From Armatimonadota bacterium (GTDB taxonomy: Bacteria; Armatimonadota; Zipacnadia; Zipacnadales; UBA5352), in assembly GCA_034722055.1 (NCBI GenBank), contig JAYENL010000173.1, positions 2,532 to 66,531 of the forward strand: a stretch of 64,000 nucleotides of DNA, written 5' to 3'. The translations under genes were made by a program, and so were the position numbers. Numbering within the stretch: the first letter of the stretch is position 1; every line of letters starts with the position of its first letter. Positions 38,883 to 48,895 of the stretch are shown piece after piece. The notes under the pieces were generated by a model. That model searched no databases and was not told the DNA's origin. It was given only the letters and a program-made list of their open reading frames with translations.

Positions 38883-39660
38883 TGTGGAGGGCTTCCGCCA
38901 GTACCTCTACTCCACCTCGCTCCACCAGACCATCACCGGCGTGGAGGCCCGAGACAGCATGGTGCTGCTGGGGGGCGTGGCGGAGAGCGACCTCCGTGAC
39001 GCCCTCGTCGGCGGCACGCTGCGGGATACTCACCGGCACGGGAAGTGGCTCTTCGCCGACGTCCAGCCCGGCCCGTGGCTGTGCCTGCACTTCGGCATGA
39101 CCGGCCACCTGGTCTACTTCAAGCACCTCGCCCACGATCCGGAGCACGATCGCATGCTCATCAGCTTCGAGAACGGCTTCCACCTGGCCTACGACTGCCA
39201 GCGCCGCCTGGGGCGGATCAGCCTTGCTGAGAGCGTGGAGGGGTTCGTGGAGGAGCAGGACCTCGGCCCCGACGCCGCCCGCGTGGACTGGGAGGGCTTC
39301 CTGAAGGCTGTGAACGGGCGCGACGCCATGCTCAAGTCCGCGTTTCTCGACCAGAGCATGCTGGCAGGGATCGGCAACATCCTCGCCGACGAGATCAACT
39401 TCCAGGTCGGCCTGCACCCGCGTGCCACGCTCGGTGACCTCGACGAGCGCCTCCTCCGGGAGCTCTACGACGCCATGAGGCTCGTCGTCGAGGTGACGAC
39501 CGAGGCGCGCACGGCCGGCGGCGAGATCCCCGGAGACTGGCTGATGCACGATCGCGAGGAGAGCGGCGACTGCCCCCGCTGCGAGGGTACGATCCAGCGT
39601 ATCATCGTTGGCAGCCGCTCGACCTACTTCTGTCCGGGATGCCAGGGCTTGCCAGGGTAG
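38866..39660 (+). CDS. mutM: Formamidopyrimidine-DNA glycosylase (Fpg/Nei family).
   Basis: The N-terminus MPELPDVEG is characteristic of the family, which uses a catalytic Pro2. A C-terminal zinc finger CPRCEG...CPGCQ is present. Length is 264 aa. Confidence 0.85.
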   Translation: MPELPDVEGFRQYLYSTSLHQTITGVEARDSMVLLGGVAESDLRDALVGGTLRDTHRHGKWLFADVQPGPWLCLHFGMTGHLVYFKHLAHDPEHDRMLISFENGFHLAYDCQRRLGRISLAESVEGFVEEQDLGPDAARVDWEGFLKAVNGRDAMLKSAFLDQSMLAGIGNILADEINFQVGLHPRATLGDLDERLLRELYDAMRLVVEVTTEARTAGGEIPGDWLMHDREESGDCPRCEGTIQRIIVGSRSTYFCPGCQGLPG

Positions 39661-39753
39661 CCCATCAGGGTCTCCGCCACGGTCCTCCGGCCCCAGCCAG
39701 TCACCATCCCTTCGTCCATGTCCCTCGATCCGGCATGTCGCGTCACGGCAGGG

Positions 39754-40419
39754 CTACCGGCCGAGGTGGCGGCTGAAGAAGTCAGCCGCCAGGTTGGCCA
39801 CCTCCTCGAGCTTCCCCGGCTCCTCGAACAGGTGCCCAGCGCCGGCGACGACCTCCAGCTCCGTCTCCGCCGGGAGCTTCTCCATGGTGCGCCGGTTCAG
39901 CTCCAGCACCTGCACGTCATTGCCGCCCACGATCAGCAGGATCGGCGTCTGAAGTTGACCGATGGCCTCGCCGGCCAGGTCCACCCGCCCACCACGGGAG
40001 ACGATGGCTCTGATGTCATCCGCCTCCACGGCGCCGACCATGGCGGCCGCAGCGCCGGTGCTGGAGCCGAAGTACCCGACATCCAGGTCCCCCACCTGCG
40101 TCTCGGACCGCAGCCACTCCGTCGCGGTCACCAGCCGACCACCCAGCAGGTGGATGTCGAACCTGTGCTCGCGCGTGACTATGTCCACGCGCTCCTCGTC
40201 CTCGGTGAGCAGGTCCATCAGCAGCGTAGCGAAGCCAGCCTCCTGCAGCACCTCGGCCACGAAGTTGTTGCGGGGGCTGTGCCGGCCGCTTCCGCTGCCG
40301 TGGGCGAACAGCACTACGCCGTGCGGCTCCTCCGGCACCGCCAGGTTGCCGTAGGTCGGGCCCGCGTCGGTCTGGATCTCGACCTCTTGCTCGCGTGCGA
40401 GGCGCGTATCTCCGCTCAT
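39754..40419 (-). CDS. Dienelactone-hydrolase-like alpha/beta hydrolase.
   Basis: Motifs HGSGSGRHSPRN and GSSTGAAAA (nucleophile elbow) are present. SD GAGGTG precedes the ATG at 40419. The longer upstream extension is unsupported. Confidence 0.7.
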   Translation of the reverse strand: MSGDTRLAREQEVEIQTDAGPTYGNLAVPEEPHGVVLFAHGSGSGRHSPRNNFVAEVLQEAGFATLLMDLLTEDEERVDIVTREHRFDIHLLGGRLVTATEWLRSETQVGDLDVGYFGSSTGAAAAMVGAVEADDIRAIVSRGGRVDLAGEAIGQLQTPILLIVGGNDVQVLELNRRTMEKLPAETELEVVAGAGHLFEEPGKLEEVANLAADFFSRHLGR

Positions 40420-40607
40420 CGCCACCACCTCAATTCGTCGCTTCGACATCGCCGTCGCTTGTATCTTTGCGGCCCGCACCGCTCGGTCCTGCAACAGCCC
40501 CGGGTGCACAGCAGGTCGCCGCACAGCTCCCGTGGCAGGTCCGGGCGCCAGGTTCGCGAATACCCCACCGGCGCAAGACCGCCACTCGATGACCTGGGAG
40601 GATTCAC

Positions 40608-42959
40608 GTGCAGAACCTGCAGATCACCGTCCGCGACATGAGCTCGCTCGATACGCTCAGGCCCGTGACGGGCGGCGTGCCCCTCGCCGAGGGCGCCGCG
40701 CCCCAGGGCAGCCGCTTCCGCCTCACGGACGCAGCCGGCGATCCCGTGCCGCTGCAGGCCGAGGTCATCGGCCGCTGGAAGGACGGCTCCGCGCGCTGGG
40801 TGCTGCTGGACTTCTCGGCCGCGCCGCCTGCCGATGGCGAGGAGGCCTGCTCGCTGACATGGGGCCAGGATGCCGGTCCCGAGCCCGACCTGTCCTGCGA
40901 GGCTGTGGGCGACGGGCTTCGCTGCGGGGACCTGACGCTCTCGAGCGACGGCCCGGGCCTGCTGAGCATCGGCGACAGGCTCGACGTGCACCTGCACGTG
41001 CTCGACGCGGAGGGAGCTGCCTGTTCCACGGAGGTGAGGTCGCTCGAGGTGGAGAGCGAGGGCCCCGTGCGGGCCACGCTGCAGCTCCGCGGCGACGTGG
41101 TGCATCCCGAGCGCGGCCGGTGGTTCAGCTTCAGGCTCAGAGCCTCGCTCTACGCCGGCCTGTCGCTGCTGCGCCTGGAGCCGATGGTCCTCATCGACGC
41201 CGAGAAGGGCGTCATGCAGCGCATCGGCGGCCTCTCCCTGCAGCTTGTGCCGCGGGCGGAGGTCGCCGGCGCCCGCATCGGCGGCGATCCCCGGTGGGAA
41301 GGCGACGCCCACGAGGGGGCGATGCTCTTCCAGCGCGACGACCAGCACTACCGCATCGGCGGTGGCGCCGAGGGCGACCGCGCGCCGGGCTGGATGGAGG
41401 CCGACACCGCCGACGGCTCCGTGGCAGTGGCGGTGCGCGACTTCTGGCAGCAGTGGCCGAAGGCGCTGGAGGTCTCCGACGACGGCCTCCGCGTCGGCCT
41501 GCTGCCGGAGTTCGAGCCGGGCGAGTTCGAGCACATGCAGCCATGGTGGAAGTACCAGTACCTCTTCGACGAGGGGGCCTATCTGCTGCGCACAGGCCAG
41601 GCCCGGCGGTGGGAGGTGTGGGTTGACCTGGAGGGCGACGGCGAGACGCTCTCGGGAGTAGCGGACCGGCCGCTGATTCCCATCGCCGATCCGGCGCAGG
41701 CCATCGCCACCGGGGTGTGGGATGAGATCATGCCCGCCGGGATCCCGGAGATGAAGGCCTATGACGACTGGGCGGAGCGGCTGTTCGAGGCCTTCTGCGA
41801 CTCCATCGACGACCAGCGCGACTACGGCGTCATGAACTGGGGAGACTGGTACGGGGAGCGGAGGGTCAACTGGGGAAATCACGAGTACGACACCACGAAC
41901 CAGCTTCTGATCCAGTTCGCGCGCACCGGCGACCCCCGCTACTTCTACGCCGCCGACGCCGCCGCCCGGCACTCCACGGAGGTGGACACCGTCCACCACG
42001 TCAACGATGACCTGTCGGATCACTTCTGCGAGACCTCCGGGGGGCCGAAACGCGGGGAGGAGGGCGAGGAGCCGGCCTACCCCTACCGCGCCGGCATGGT
42101 CCACCAGCACACCGTGGGCCATGTCAGCGGGTTCTTCTCGGTGGCGACCATCCGGGAGCTGTTCCTCGAGCACGAGGTGGGCCGCCCGCCCAACCCCTAC
42201 CTGTGCCTGCAGCCCACGAACCTGGGGCACATCTGGACGCAGGGGACGATGCGCCACCACTTCCTCACCGGCGACCCCTTCATCCGCGAGACGGTGCTCA
42301 CCATCGGAGAGAACCTGGCGCGACTGGTGGAGGACCGGCGCTTCCAGTTCATGGGCCACAGCCACTGCGGCCGCGTCACGGGCTGGAGCATGCTGGCGCT
42401 GGGCGGGGCCTACGAGATCGAGCTCGATGAGCGCTACCTGGACGCCATGCGAACGCTCGCCGAGGACGCCATGGCCGACCAGGATCCCAACTGCGGCGGT
42501 TGGCTCTACTACCCTATGGCGCCGGGCCACTGCAACTGCGAGACGGAGCGGCACACGGGCATGGCGGGCTTCATCACCGCGGTGCTCATCAACGGCCTGT
42601 CGCGCTACTACCAGCTCTCCGGCGATGAGCGCCTGCCGGAGTCCATCGATGCCGCGGTGACCTTCCTGGACCTGGACACCTGGCACGAGCACCCGCGGGG
42701 GTGGAGGTACACGTCATGTCCCGGCACGGCCCTTCGGGGCGTGAATCAGCCGGGAGTCACCATGATGGCGCACGTCAACGGGGCGCGATTCGGCAACAGC
42801 CTCGAGCACCTGCGCATCCTGCGGCTGGCGTGGGAGGAGAAGTTCAGGCGGCTGCTGGAGGACATGCCGCGCGGGCCGGGCTTCGGCAAGTCCTGGACCA
42901 GCACCATGTACGGCTGCGCCGAGACCGCCAGCATCCTGGCGCGGCACCCCGAGGGCTGA
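40608..42959 (+). CDS. Hypothetical carbohydrate-active-enzyme-like protein, 783 aa (possibly a PcRGLX/YetA-like lyase fold, very uncertain).
   Basis: GTG start with SD GGGAGGA. The protein is large and acidic, with NWGDWYGERRVNWGNHEYD. No confident family assignment. Confidence 0.5.
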   Translation: MQNLQITVRDMSSLDTLRPVTGGVPLAEGAAPQGSRFRLTDAAGDPVPLQAEVIGRWKDGSARWVLLDFSAAPPADGEEACSLTWGQDAGPEPDLSCEAVGDGLRCGDLTLSSDGPGLLSIGDRLDVHLHVLDAEGAACSTEVRSLEVESEGPVRATLQLRGDVVHPERGRWFSFRLRASLYAGLSLLRLEPMVLIDAEKGVMQRIGGLSLQLVPRAEVAGARIGGDPRWEGDAHEGAMLFQRDDQHYRIGGGAEGDRAPGWMEADTADGSVAVAVRDFWQQWPKALEVSDDGLRVGLLPEFEPGEFEHMQPWWKYQYLFDEGAYLLRTGQARRWEVWVDLEGDGETLSGVADRPLIPIADPAQAIATGVWDEIMPAGIPEMKAYDDWAERLFEAFCDSIDDQRDYGVMNWGDWYGERRVNWGNHEYDTTNQLLIQFARTGDPRYFYAADAAARHSTEVDTVHHVNDDLSDHFCETSGGPKRGEEGEEPAYPYRAGMVHQHTVGHVSGFFSVATIRELFLEHEVGRPPNPYLCLQPTNLGHIWTQGTMRHHFLTGDPFIRETVLTIGENLARLVEDRRFQFMGHSHCGRVTGWSMLALGGAYEIELDERYLDAMRTLAEDAMADQDPNCGGWLYYPMAPGHCNCETERHTGMAGFITAVLINGLSRYYQLSGDERLPESIDAAVTFLDLDTWHEHPRGWRYTSCPGTALRGVNQPGVTMMAHVNGARFGNSLEHLRILRLAWEEKFRRLLEDMPRGPGFGKSWTSTMYGCAETASILARHPEG

Positions 42960-43286
42960 TGCGCATGGCTTACCTCTACCTTCATCGTGGCGAGCGGCGA
43001 TGCACGCCCTCTGTCGTGCGGAGGGGCCGTCTGAGGCTCCAGGTCGTCTGCTGGAGCCGAAGCCGGCCCGCCCGTTGTTTCGCCTGTAGCCCGCGGGCCT
43101 TCGTGCGCTCTGCGGAGCGCCCTCAGGCGGTCCCTCCCACGGCAAACGACCCTCGGGCAACCCTGAGGCTAACGTGCATCGACGGAGCTCAACGGCGGCG
43201 GGCTGGGAGCCTGCGTCACCTACAGCCAGGACTCAGGGCCCGCCTCGGCGTATCCTTTACTGGCATCGGGGAGGAAGCTGAGAGCA

Positions 43287-44654
43287 ATGAACGCGGACGA
43301 CCGATTCGTGATCATCGGAGCCGGGCCGGCGGGTATCAGCGCCGCCATCACCGCCATCAACCGGGGCTTCCCCCCGGAGCGGATCACGCTGGTGGAGAAG
43401 GGCCAGCGGCATGATCCCAGCCGCGTCTCGGGGTTCGGAGGCGCGGGCGCCAACAGCGACGGCAAGCTGGTGCTGGAGACCGAGATCGGGGGGGAGCTTG
43501 CCTCCTACGTCAGCGCCGACATACCCCAGCTTCTGGACCAGGTCCTGGAGCTTTACCTGGGCTTTCTGGAGTCCCCGGAGCGAGAGACCTATCAGCAGAT
43601 GCGCGGCAGATTCCGCGACCCCACCGCCGAGGCCCAGATCCAGCGGGCAAGCATTCGGGCGGGGCTGGAGTTCATCCCCGCCGACATCATCCCCCTCGGC
43701 ACCAGCACCTGCCACCGCATCGTGGACGCCTGGCACGACTTCCTCACCGAGCGCGGCGCCCGCGTGCTGCTGGAGACGAAGGTCACGCACTTCGCGCCCG
43801 GCGACGGAGCCTGGCTGCTCTCGTGCCACGACGGCCAGGAGCTGAGGGGCCGGTGGCTGCTGGTGGCGCCCGGCCGCAGCGGGCACGACTTCCTGGTTCG
43901 AACGCTGGGCGAGAACCACCTCGACACCATCAACGGGCCCATCGACGTCGGCGTCCGGGTGGAGACCGACGCGAATCTGACCCAGCCGCTCACCGACGCC
44001 ACCTACGAGTTCAAGCTGCGCGGCCTGATCGAGGGCGAGCGGGTGCGCACGTTCTGCGTCTGCCCCCAGGGCTCGGTGCTGGTGGAGCGATACGACGCCG
44101 ACCTGCTCGCCGTCAACGGCCAGACGCGGCCGGAGAGCCCCACCGGGCGCACCAACTTCGCGATCCTGCACACCATCAGCCTCAACGAGCCATGCCACTC
44201 CCCCAATCAATACGCCCAGCTCTACATCCGCACCGCCAACATCCTGGGGGCGAAGAACCCCATCGTGCAGGTCTGGCCCAACTTCGCCCAGCGGCGGCGG
44301 TCGCGGTGGAGCGACCTGAGGAAGTGCTTCGTCGATCCCACGCTGGAGCGAGCCCTGCCCGGCGACATCCGACTGGCGCTCAACGCCAAGTCGTGCCGGG
44401 TCCTGGAGGCCTTCATGCACGCCCTGGACAGCGACGGGCTGCTGGAGGGGCTGTGCAGCAACCGCACGCTGATGTACGCGCCGGAGGCCAAGCTCTACAC
44501 CGTCCGCCCGGCGGAGCTGACCGAGCATCTGGAATCCGAGCGTGAGAACCTCTTCTTCGCCGGCGACGGGGCGGGCATCACCCGCGGACTCGTGCAGGCC
44601 TCCGCCAGCGGCATGCTCGTCGGTCGGGAGGTGGCCCGCCGCGCGGCGCAATAG
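43287..44654 (+). CDS. FAD-dependent protein (COG2509-type uncharacterised FAD-dependent dehydrogenase).
   Basis: SD GGGGAGGAAG. The N-terminal Rossmann motif VIIGAGPAGISAA is present. Length is 455 aa. Confidence 0.75.
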   Translation: MNADDRFVIIGAGPAGISAAITAINRGFPPERITLVEKGQRHDPSRVSGFGGAGANSDGKLVLETEIGGELASYVSADIPQLLDQVLELYLGFLESPERETYQQMRGRFRDPTAEAQIQRASIRAGLEFIPADIIPLGTSTCHRIVDAWHDFLTERGARVLLETKVTHFAPGDGAWLLSCHDGQELRGRWLLVAPGRSGHDFLVRTLGENHLDTINGPIDVGVRVETDANLTQPLTDATYEFKLRGLIEGERVRTFCVCPQGSVLVERYDADLLAVNGQTRPESPTGRTNFAILHTISLNEPCHSPNQYAQLYIRTANILGAKNPIVQVWPNFAQRRRSRWSDLRKCFVDPTLERALPGDIRLALNAKSCRVLEAFMHALDSDGLLEGLCSNRTLMYAPEAKLYTVRPAELTEHLESERENLFFAGDGAGITRGLVQASASGMLVGREVARRAAQ

Positions 44655-44731
44655 CAGCGCCCCCGTTCCGTACACAGAGCGAGGGCGAGCCGTCGGGGCT
44701 CGCCCTCGATGGTGCCGGGGGTCGGTGATGT

Positions 44732-45547
44732 CTACTGCCGGCCCTGCTCGCCGCCTTCATCCGCGCCCGCGGTGTCCTCTGCGGCCGCCTCCTCAGCGGG
44801 CGGCACCGGCTTGGTGGTCACGGCCTCGGTGTTCTCCTGGTGCTGCTGGTAGCGCTGGCTGTCGCGATAGCGCTTGAGCTCGTCGAGGAGCGTGGTCAGG
44901 CGGCTGATGAGCTGGTCGAGCATATCGTCGCCGACGATGGCCTCGTAGACCTCGAACTCCCCCAGCTCCACCGCGAAGTCCGAGCCCCAGTTGCTGGTGA
45001 TATCCAGCTTCACCCACCTGGCCTCCACCGACGTGAAGTCGAAGGTCTGCTTGATGCCGCGGCGCACCACGACGTAGCTGCCCACCTCCTTGTAGGGCCC
45101 ATCCACGCTCTCGGTGGAGACCGAAATGCGGATGTTCTTGGCCCAGCGGCCCAGGAACTCGGGGTCATCGGTGGTGGGATCGACCACCGCCCTGCTGATC
45201 AGCCGCCGCTGGGGCAGCTCGAAGATGATCCACTCCGGCACGTCAGGGGAGGGCACGCCTTGGCTACGCCATCCGTAGGAGTCCGCCGGGGTGTGCGAGC
45301 CGACGACGTACTTGCCGTCGATGAGGTTCGTGACGGCCCACTTGTCGATGGGCTGGCCGTTCTCGTCCACGGCCTGGCTGGAGTACTTGGCGATGCTCCC
45401 GCCGTTCCCGGCGGCCACCAGATTCGTGGTGCCGGCCACGGTCGGTCCAGCCCACAGCGGGCCGGCCCCTACGAGCATCAACGCCATGGTCAGTGCCACA
45501 CCCGTGTGCATCCGCGCACGCCTCATGATCGAGTCTCTCCTTCGCAT
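44732..45547 (-). CDS. Secreted discoidin (F5/8 type C) domain protein.
   Basis: A signal peptide is present. The discoidin-like core WRSQGVPSPDVPEWIIFELP...WVKLDITSNWG is visible. The gene begins 9 nt after the pknB stop on the same strand. Confidence 0.6.
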   Translation of the reverse strand: MRRRDSIMRRARMHTGVALTMALMLVGAGPLWAGPTVAGTTNLVAAGNGGSIAKYSSQAVDENGQPIDKWAVTNLIDGKYVVGSHTPADSYGWRSQGVPSPDVPEWIIFELPQRRLISRAVVDPTTDDPEFLGRWAKNIRISVSTESVDGPYKEVGSYVVVRRGIKQTFDFTSVEARWVKLDITSNWGSDFAVELGEFEVYEAIVGDDMLDQLISRLTTLLDELKRYRDSQRYQQHQENTEAVTTKPVPPAEEAAAEDTAGADEGGEQGRQ

Positions 45548-45555
45548 CCGGGCGC

Positions 45556-47454
45556 CTACTCCGTCCGCTCGGCGCCCTCCTTGACCTGCCTGGTCTCCTC
45601 GAAGACGGTGACCCCCTCATGGCGTACCTCAATGGTCACTGTCCCCCGGGCCTGGAGACGTACCGTGTTCGTCTCCCCCGGCTGCATGGTCCAGGCGCCC
45701 GCTATCAGGGTCGCGCCGGTCTCGTCGCGATAGCTGACCTCCACCTCTTGATCCGAGGTCTCACCCATCGCCACGACCTGCACGCTGAACTCGCGGAGCT
45801 GGGGCTGATCCGGCTTGTAGCCCTCCGTCTCCTCCACATAGACGCGGGGCGTGACCAGCTCGCGCCGCTCCCCGGCCTCGCCACCACCTTCGACAGTCTC
45901 CTCCAACGCCGGTTGCGTCTCCTCATCGCCCGGCTCCTCGTCGCCGCCTTCCTCGGGCTGCTCCTCCTCCGGGCCCTTGGAGACCGAGACGTCGATGGGA
46001 GTGCCCGTATCCACGCGCGTGCCGGGCTTCGGCTCCTGGTCGAAGATAACGCCCGCGGGTTCGGTCTCGTGGAAGTACTCCTCCGCCTCGCCAAGCGTGA
46101 GGTTGGCCGCCTCCAGCAGAGCCTGTGCCCGCTCCGGGCGGGTGCCCACCACATCGATCACCGAGACCGTCTGCTTGCCCCGGTTGACCCACAGGTCGAT
46201 CGCCGTCCCGGACTGAACGGTCTGCCCCGGCTCGGGCGACTGCTCGGTGACCCTGCCCACCGGCTGCAGGTCATTGTACTCGTGCTCGATGCGACCCATG
46301 GCCAGCCCCCGCTCCTCGATGTCCTCTCGGGCCTGTTGCTCGGTGAGCCCCTTGACATTGGGGACCTCCACCATGGTGGGACCGGTGTGAGGGTAGAAGG
46401 CGGCCTTCACCAGCCAGACGACCGCCACGATGACCAGCAGCGCCAGCAGCCCCACGCCCACCCCGGCCATGGCCGTGCCGGCGGCGCTGGAGGCGGCCTC
46501 CTCCCGCCGCTGAGCGGCCGCCGGCCGTGAGGGAGCCGCCGCTGGCTCCTCCTGCGCCGCCCGCCTGGGCCGAGACGGCTCCGCGCTCCGCGGCAGAGGC
46601 ACGGTGGCCTCGGGAGAGGCCTCCAGGACGCCGGTCTGGTCCAGGTCCACGCCGCGCTCGAGCTTGTGAACGTCGGTCAGCATCGTCTCCGCGGACCGAT
46701 AGCGCCGCTGCGGGTCGCGGGCCATGGCCTTCATGATGACGTACTCGGCGGCCGGCGGAATCTCGGGGTTGATCTCCCGGGGGGAGGGCGGGCTCTCGCG
46801 CAGATGCTGTGCCGCGATGTCCGCCGCCGTCTCCCCGCCGAAGGGCAGCCGCCCCGTGAGGGCCTCATACAGCGTGACCCCCAGCGAGTAGATGTCCGAG
46901 AGCGGGCCGGCGCGCGCCCCCTGAGCCTGCTCGGGGGAGATGTAGTGGGCCGAGCCCAGGACCTTGCCGTCGTCGGTCAGCCCCGTCTCGCCGGCGGCGG
47001 CGGCGATGCCAAAATCGGAGAGCTTGGCGCGGCCGTCATCGGTGAACAGCACGTTGTGCGGCTTGACGTCCCGGTGCACCAGGCCCTGACGGTGGGCGTA
47101 GGCCAGCGCCTGGCAGCAGGCCTCCGCGACCTCGATGACCTTGTCCAGCGGCAGGGGCGCGTAGCGCTTGATGATCTCCTTCAGGTTCAGCTCCGGCAGG
47201 TACTCCATGACGATGTAGTAGCGCCCATCGTCCACCCCCGTGTCGTAGATCTGGACGATGTTGGGGTGGTTGAGCTTGGCCGCCGCGTGGGCCTCCCGCC
47301 GGAAGCGCGCCACCACGTCCTCGCGGTCGCTCAGCTCCGGGCGGAGTACCTTTATGGCGACGCGCCGGTCGAGGGTGGTGTCGGTGCCGCGGTAGACTCG
47401 CGCCACCCCGCCCTCGCCGATCAGCGTCTCAATGCGGTATCGATCGGCGATCAT
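45556..47454 (-). CDS. pknB: Serine/threonine protein kinase with two PASTA domains and a non-PASTA C-terminal domain.
   Basis: Kinase motifs VAIKVL, HRDVKPHN and SDFGIA are present, followed by a TM helix and two PASTA repeats. SD GGAGGG is positioned for the ATG at 47454. Confidence 0.9.
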   Translation of the reverse strand: MIADRYRIETLIGEGGVARVYRGTDTTLDRRVAIKVLRPELSDREDVVARFRREAHAAAKLNHPNIVQIYDTGVDDGRYYIVMEYLPELNLKEIIKRYAPLPLDKVIEVAEACCQALAYAHRQGLVHRDVKPHNVLFTDDGRAKLSDFGIAAAAGETGLTDDGKVLGSAHYISPEQAQGARAGPLSDIYSLGVTLYEALTGRLPFGGETAADIAAQHLRESPPSPREINPEIPPAAEYVIMKAMARDPQRRYRSAETMLTDVHKLERGVDLDQTGVLEASPEATVPLPRSAEPSRPRRAAQEEPAAAPSRPAAAQRREEAASSAAGTAMAGVGVGLLALLVIVAVVWLVKAAFYPHTGPTMVEVPNVKGLTEQQAREDIEERGLAMGRIEHEYNDLQPVGRVTEQSPEPGQTVQSGTAIDLWVNRGKQTVSVIDVVGTRPERAQALLEAANLTLGEAEEYFHETEPAGVIFDQEPKPGTRVDTGTPIDVSVSKGPEEEQPEEGGDEEPGDEETQPALEETVEGGGEAGERRELVTPRVYVEETEGYKPDQPQLREFSVQVVAMGETSDQEVEVSYRDETGATLIAGAWTMQPGETNTVRLQARGTVTIEVRHEGVTVFEETRQVKEGAERTE

Positions 47455-47491
47455 GGTGCCCTCCACCGCCGGATCACCTCCAGTCGCACAG

Positions 47492-48892
47492 CTATCTGAC
47501 CCCCGCCCTGTGCAGCAGATGGGCCATGACCTCGCGGGCGATGGGGGCCGCCGCCTCCGAGCCGGCGCCGGCGTTCTCCACCACCACCGTCACCACCACC
47601 CCCGGCCGCTCCACGGGCGCGAAGCCGGTGAACCACGAGTGCGGGGCGCCCTCCGGATTCTCGGCCGAGCCGGTCTTGCCGGCCACCGTCACGCCCCGGA
47701 TCTGCGCCACGGTCCCCGTCCCCTCTTCCACAACGTTCGTCATCATCCCTGCCAGCGTCTGGGCCGTCTCCGCGCTCACCGCCCGGCCCAGCTCACGGGC
47801 CCGGGCCTGCGCCACGGTCCGGCCGGTCGGCGACACCACGCGCTCGACGATGTAGGGCTCCAGCACCTGCCCCCCGTTGGCGATGGCCAGCGTCATGCGC
47901 GCGATGCCCAGGGGAGTCACCTGCGCCTGGCCCTGCCCGAAGGCGGTCTCCGCCAGCAGGACCTCCGAGTCCCTATCCGCGAGGTCACCGAGGCCGCCGC
48001 TGCGGGAGGGCATGGGCAGTGAGGCCGGCTCGGTGAGGGCAAAGCGCTGCGCGTAGTCCACCAGCTCCTCACTCACCAGATACTCCGCCATGCGCGCGAA
48101 GGTGGTGTTGCACGACACCTGCAGCGCCTCGTCGAGCGTCACGGTTCCGTGCGCCCGCGGGCAGTGGATCTCGGCACCCTTGATCTCAAGCTCGCCGGTG
48201 CACTCGAACCGCGTGTCGCGGTTGACCCGACCCAGGTCCAGCACCGCCGCGGCGGTGAGGACCTTCAGCACCGATCCCGGCGGATACAGGCCCATCAGCG
48301 CCCGGTTGTACTCCGGGGTGTTGGGGTCCTCCTGGAAGAGCTTGAAGTCCCACGCGCTCTCCAGGATGGCCTGGGGATCGTAGGCCGGCGCGCTGACCAG
48401 AGCCAGGACCGCGCCGGTATGCCCGCCCAGCGCCACCACCGCGCCGCGGTGCCCCCGCAGCAGCCTCGTCGCCCGCTTCTGGGCGTCGAGGTCCACCGTC
48501 AGCACCACGTCATTGCCCTGCAACGGACCCTCCACGAACTCCGCCCAGGGCTTCTCGTAGCGCCCCACGTTGAGGAAGGCGTCCCGGAGGCCGCGCTGCA
48601 GCCCGCTCTTCGTGTTGTAGCCGGTCAGGTGGCAGACGTACTCGCCCGCGGGGTAGGTGCGCTCCCACCCCCGGGGCGTCTCCTCCGCGCCCAGCAGCAG
48701 CTCGCTGTCCGAGTCGTACATCCTCCCCGGCTCAGTGGCCCGGAGGCGGTCCTCAGCGCGACTGTTGTACTCGTCAGCACGCAGCTCCGGCGCCCGCAGC
48801 ACCTGCCAGTAGCCAAGGTGCAGGCACAGGACTGCGAAGCCCACGGCGGGGACCAGAGCCACTCGTTTGATGTCGCGCGAGAGCTGTCTCAT
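47492..48892 (-). CDS. pbpA: Class B penicillin-binding protein (peptidoglycan D,D-transpeptidase).
   Basis: Transpeptidase motifs SVLK (SxxK), SCN (SxN) and KTGS (KTG) are present, with an N-terminal TM anchor. Length is 466 aa. Confidence 0.85.
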   Translation of the reverse strand: MRQLSRDIKRVALVPAVGFAVLCLHLGYWQVLRAPELRADEYNSRAEDRLRATEPGRMYDSDSELLLGAEETPRGWERTYPAGEYVCHLTGYNTKSGLQRGLRDAFLNVGRYEKPWAEFVEGPLQGNDVVLTVDLDAQKRATRLLRGHRGAVVALGGHTGAVLALVSAPAYDPQAILESAWDFKLFQEDPNTPEYNRALMGLYPPGSVLKVLTAAAVLDLGRVNRDTRFECTGELEIKGAEIHCPRAHGTVTLDEALQVSCNTTFARMAEYLVSEELVDYAQRFALTEPASLPMPSRSGGLGDLADRDSEVLLAETAFGQGQAQVTPLGIARMTLAIANGGQVLEPYIVERVVSPTGRTVAQARARELGRAVSAETAQTLAGMMTNVVEEGTGTVAQIRGVTVAGKTGSAENPEGAPHSWFTGFAPVERPGVVVTVVVENAGAGSEAAAPIAREVMAHLLHRAGVR

Positions 48893-48895
48893 GGA

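Noticed and set aside
42960-43286. A 327-nt intergenic region after gene 40608-42959 containing a perfect 8-bp hairpin (GGCTCCAG-N8-CTGGAGCC).
   Set aside because: It is probably just a terminator/promoter region for the FAD-dependent gene. There is no repeat structure or ORF with an SD.
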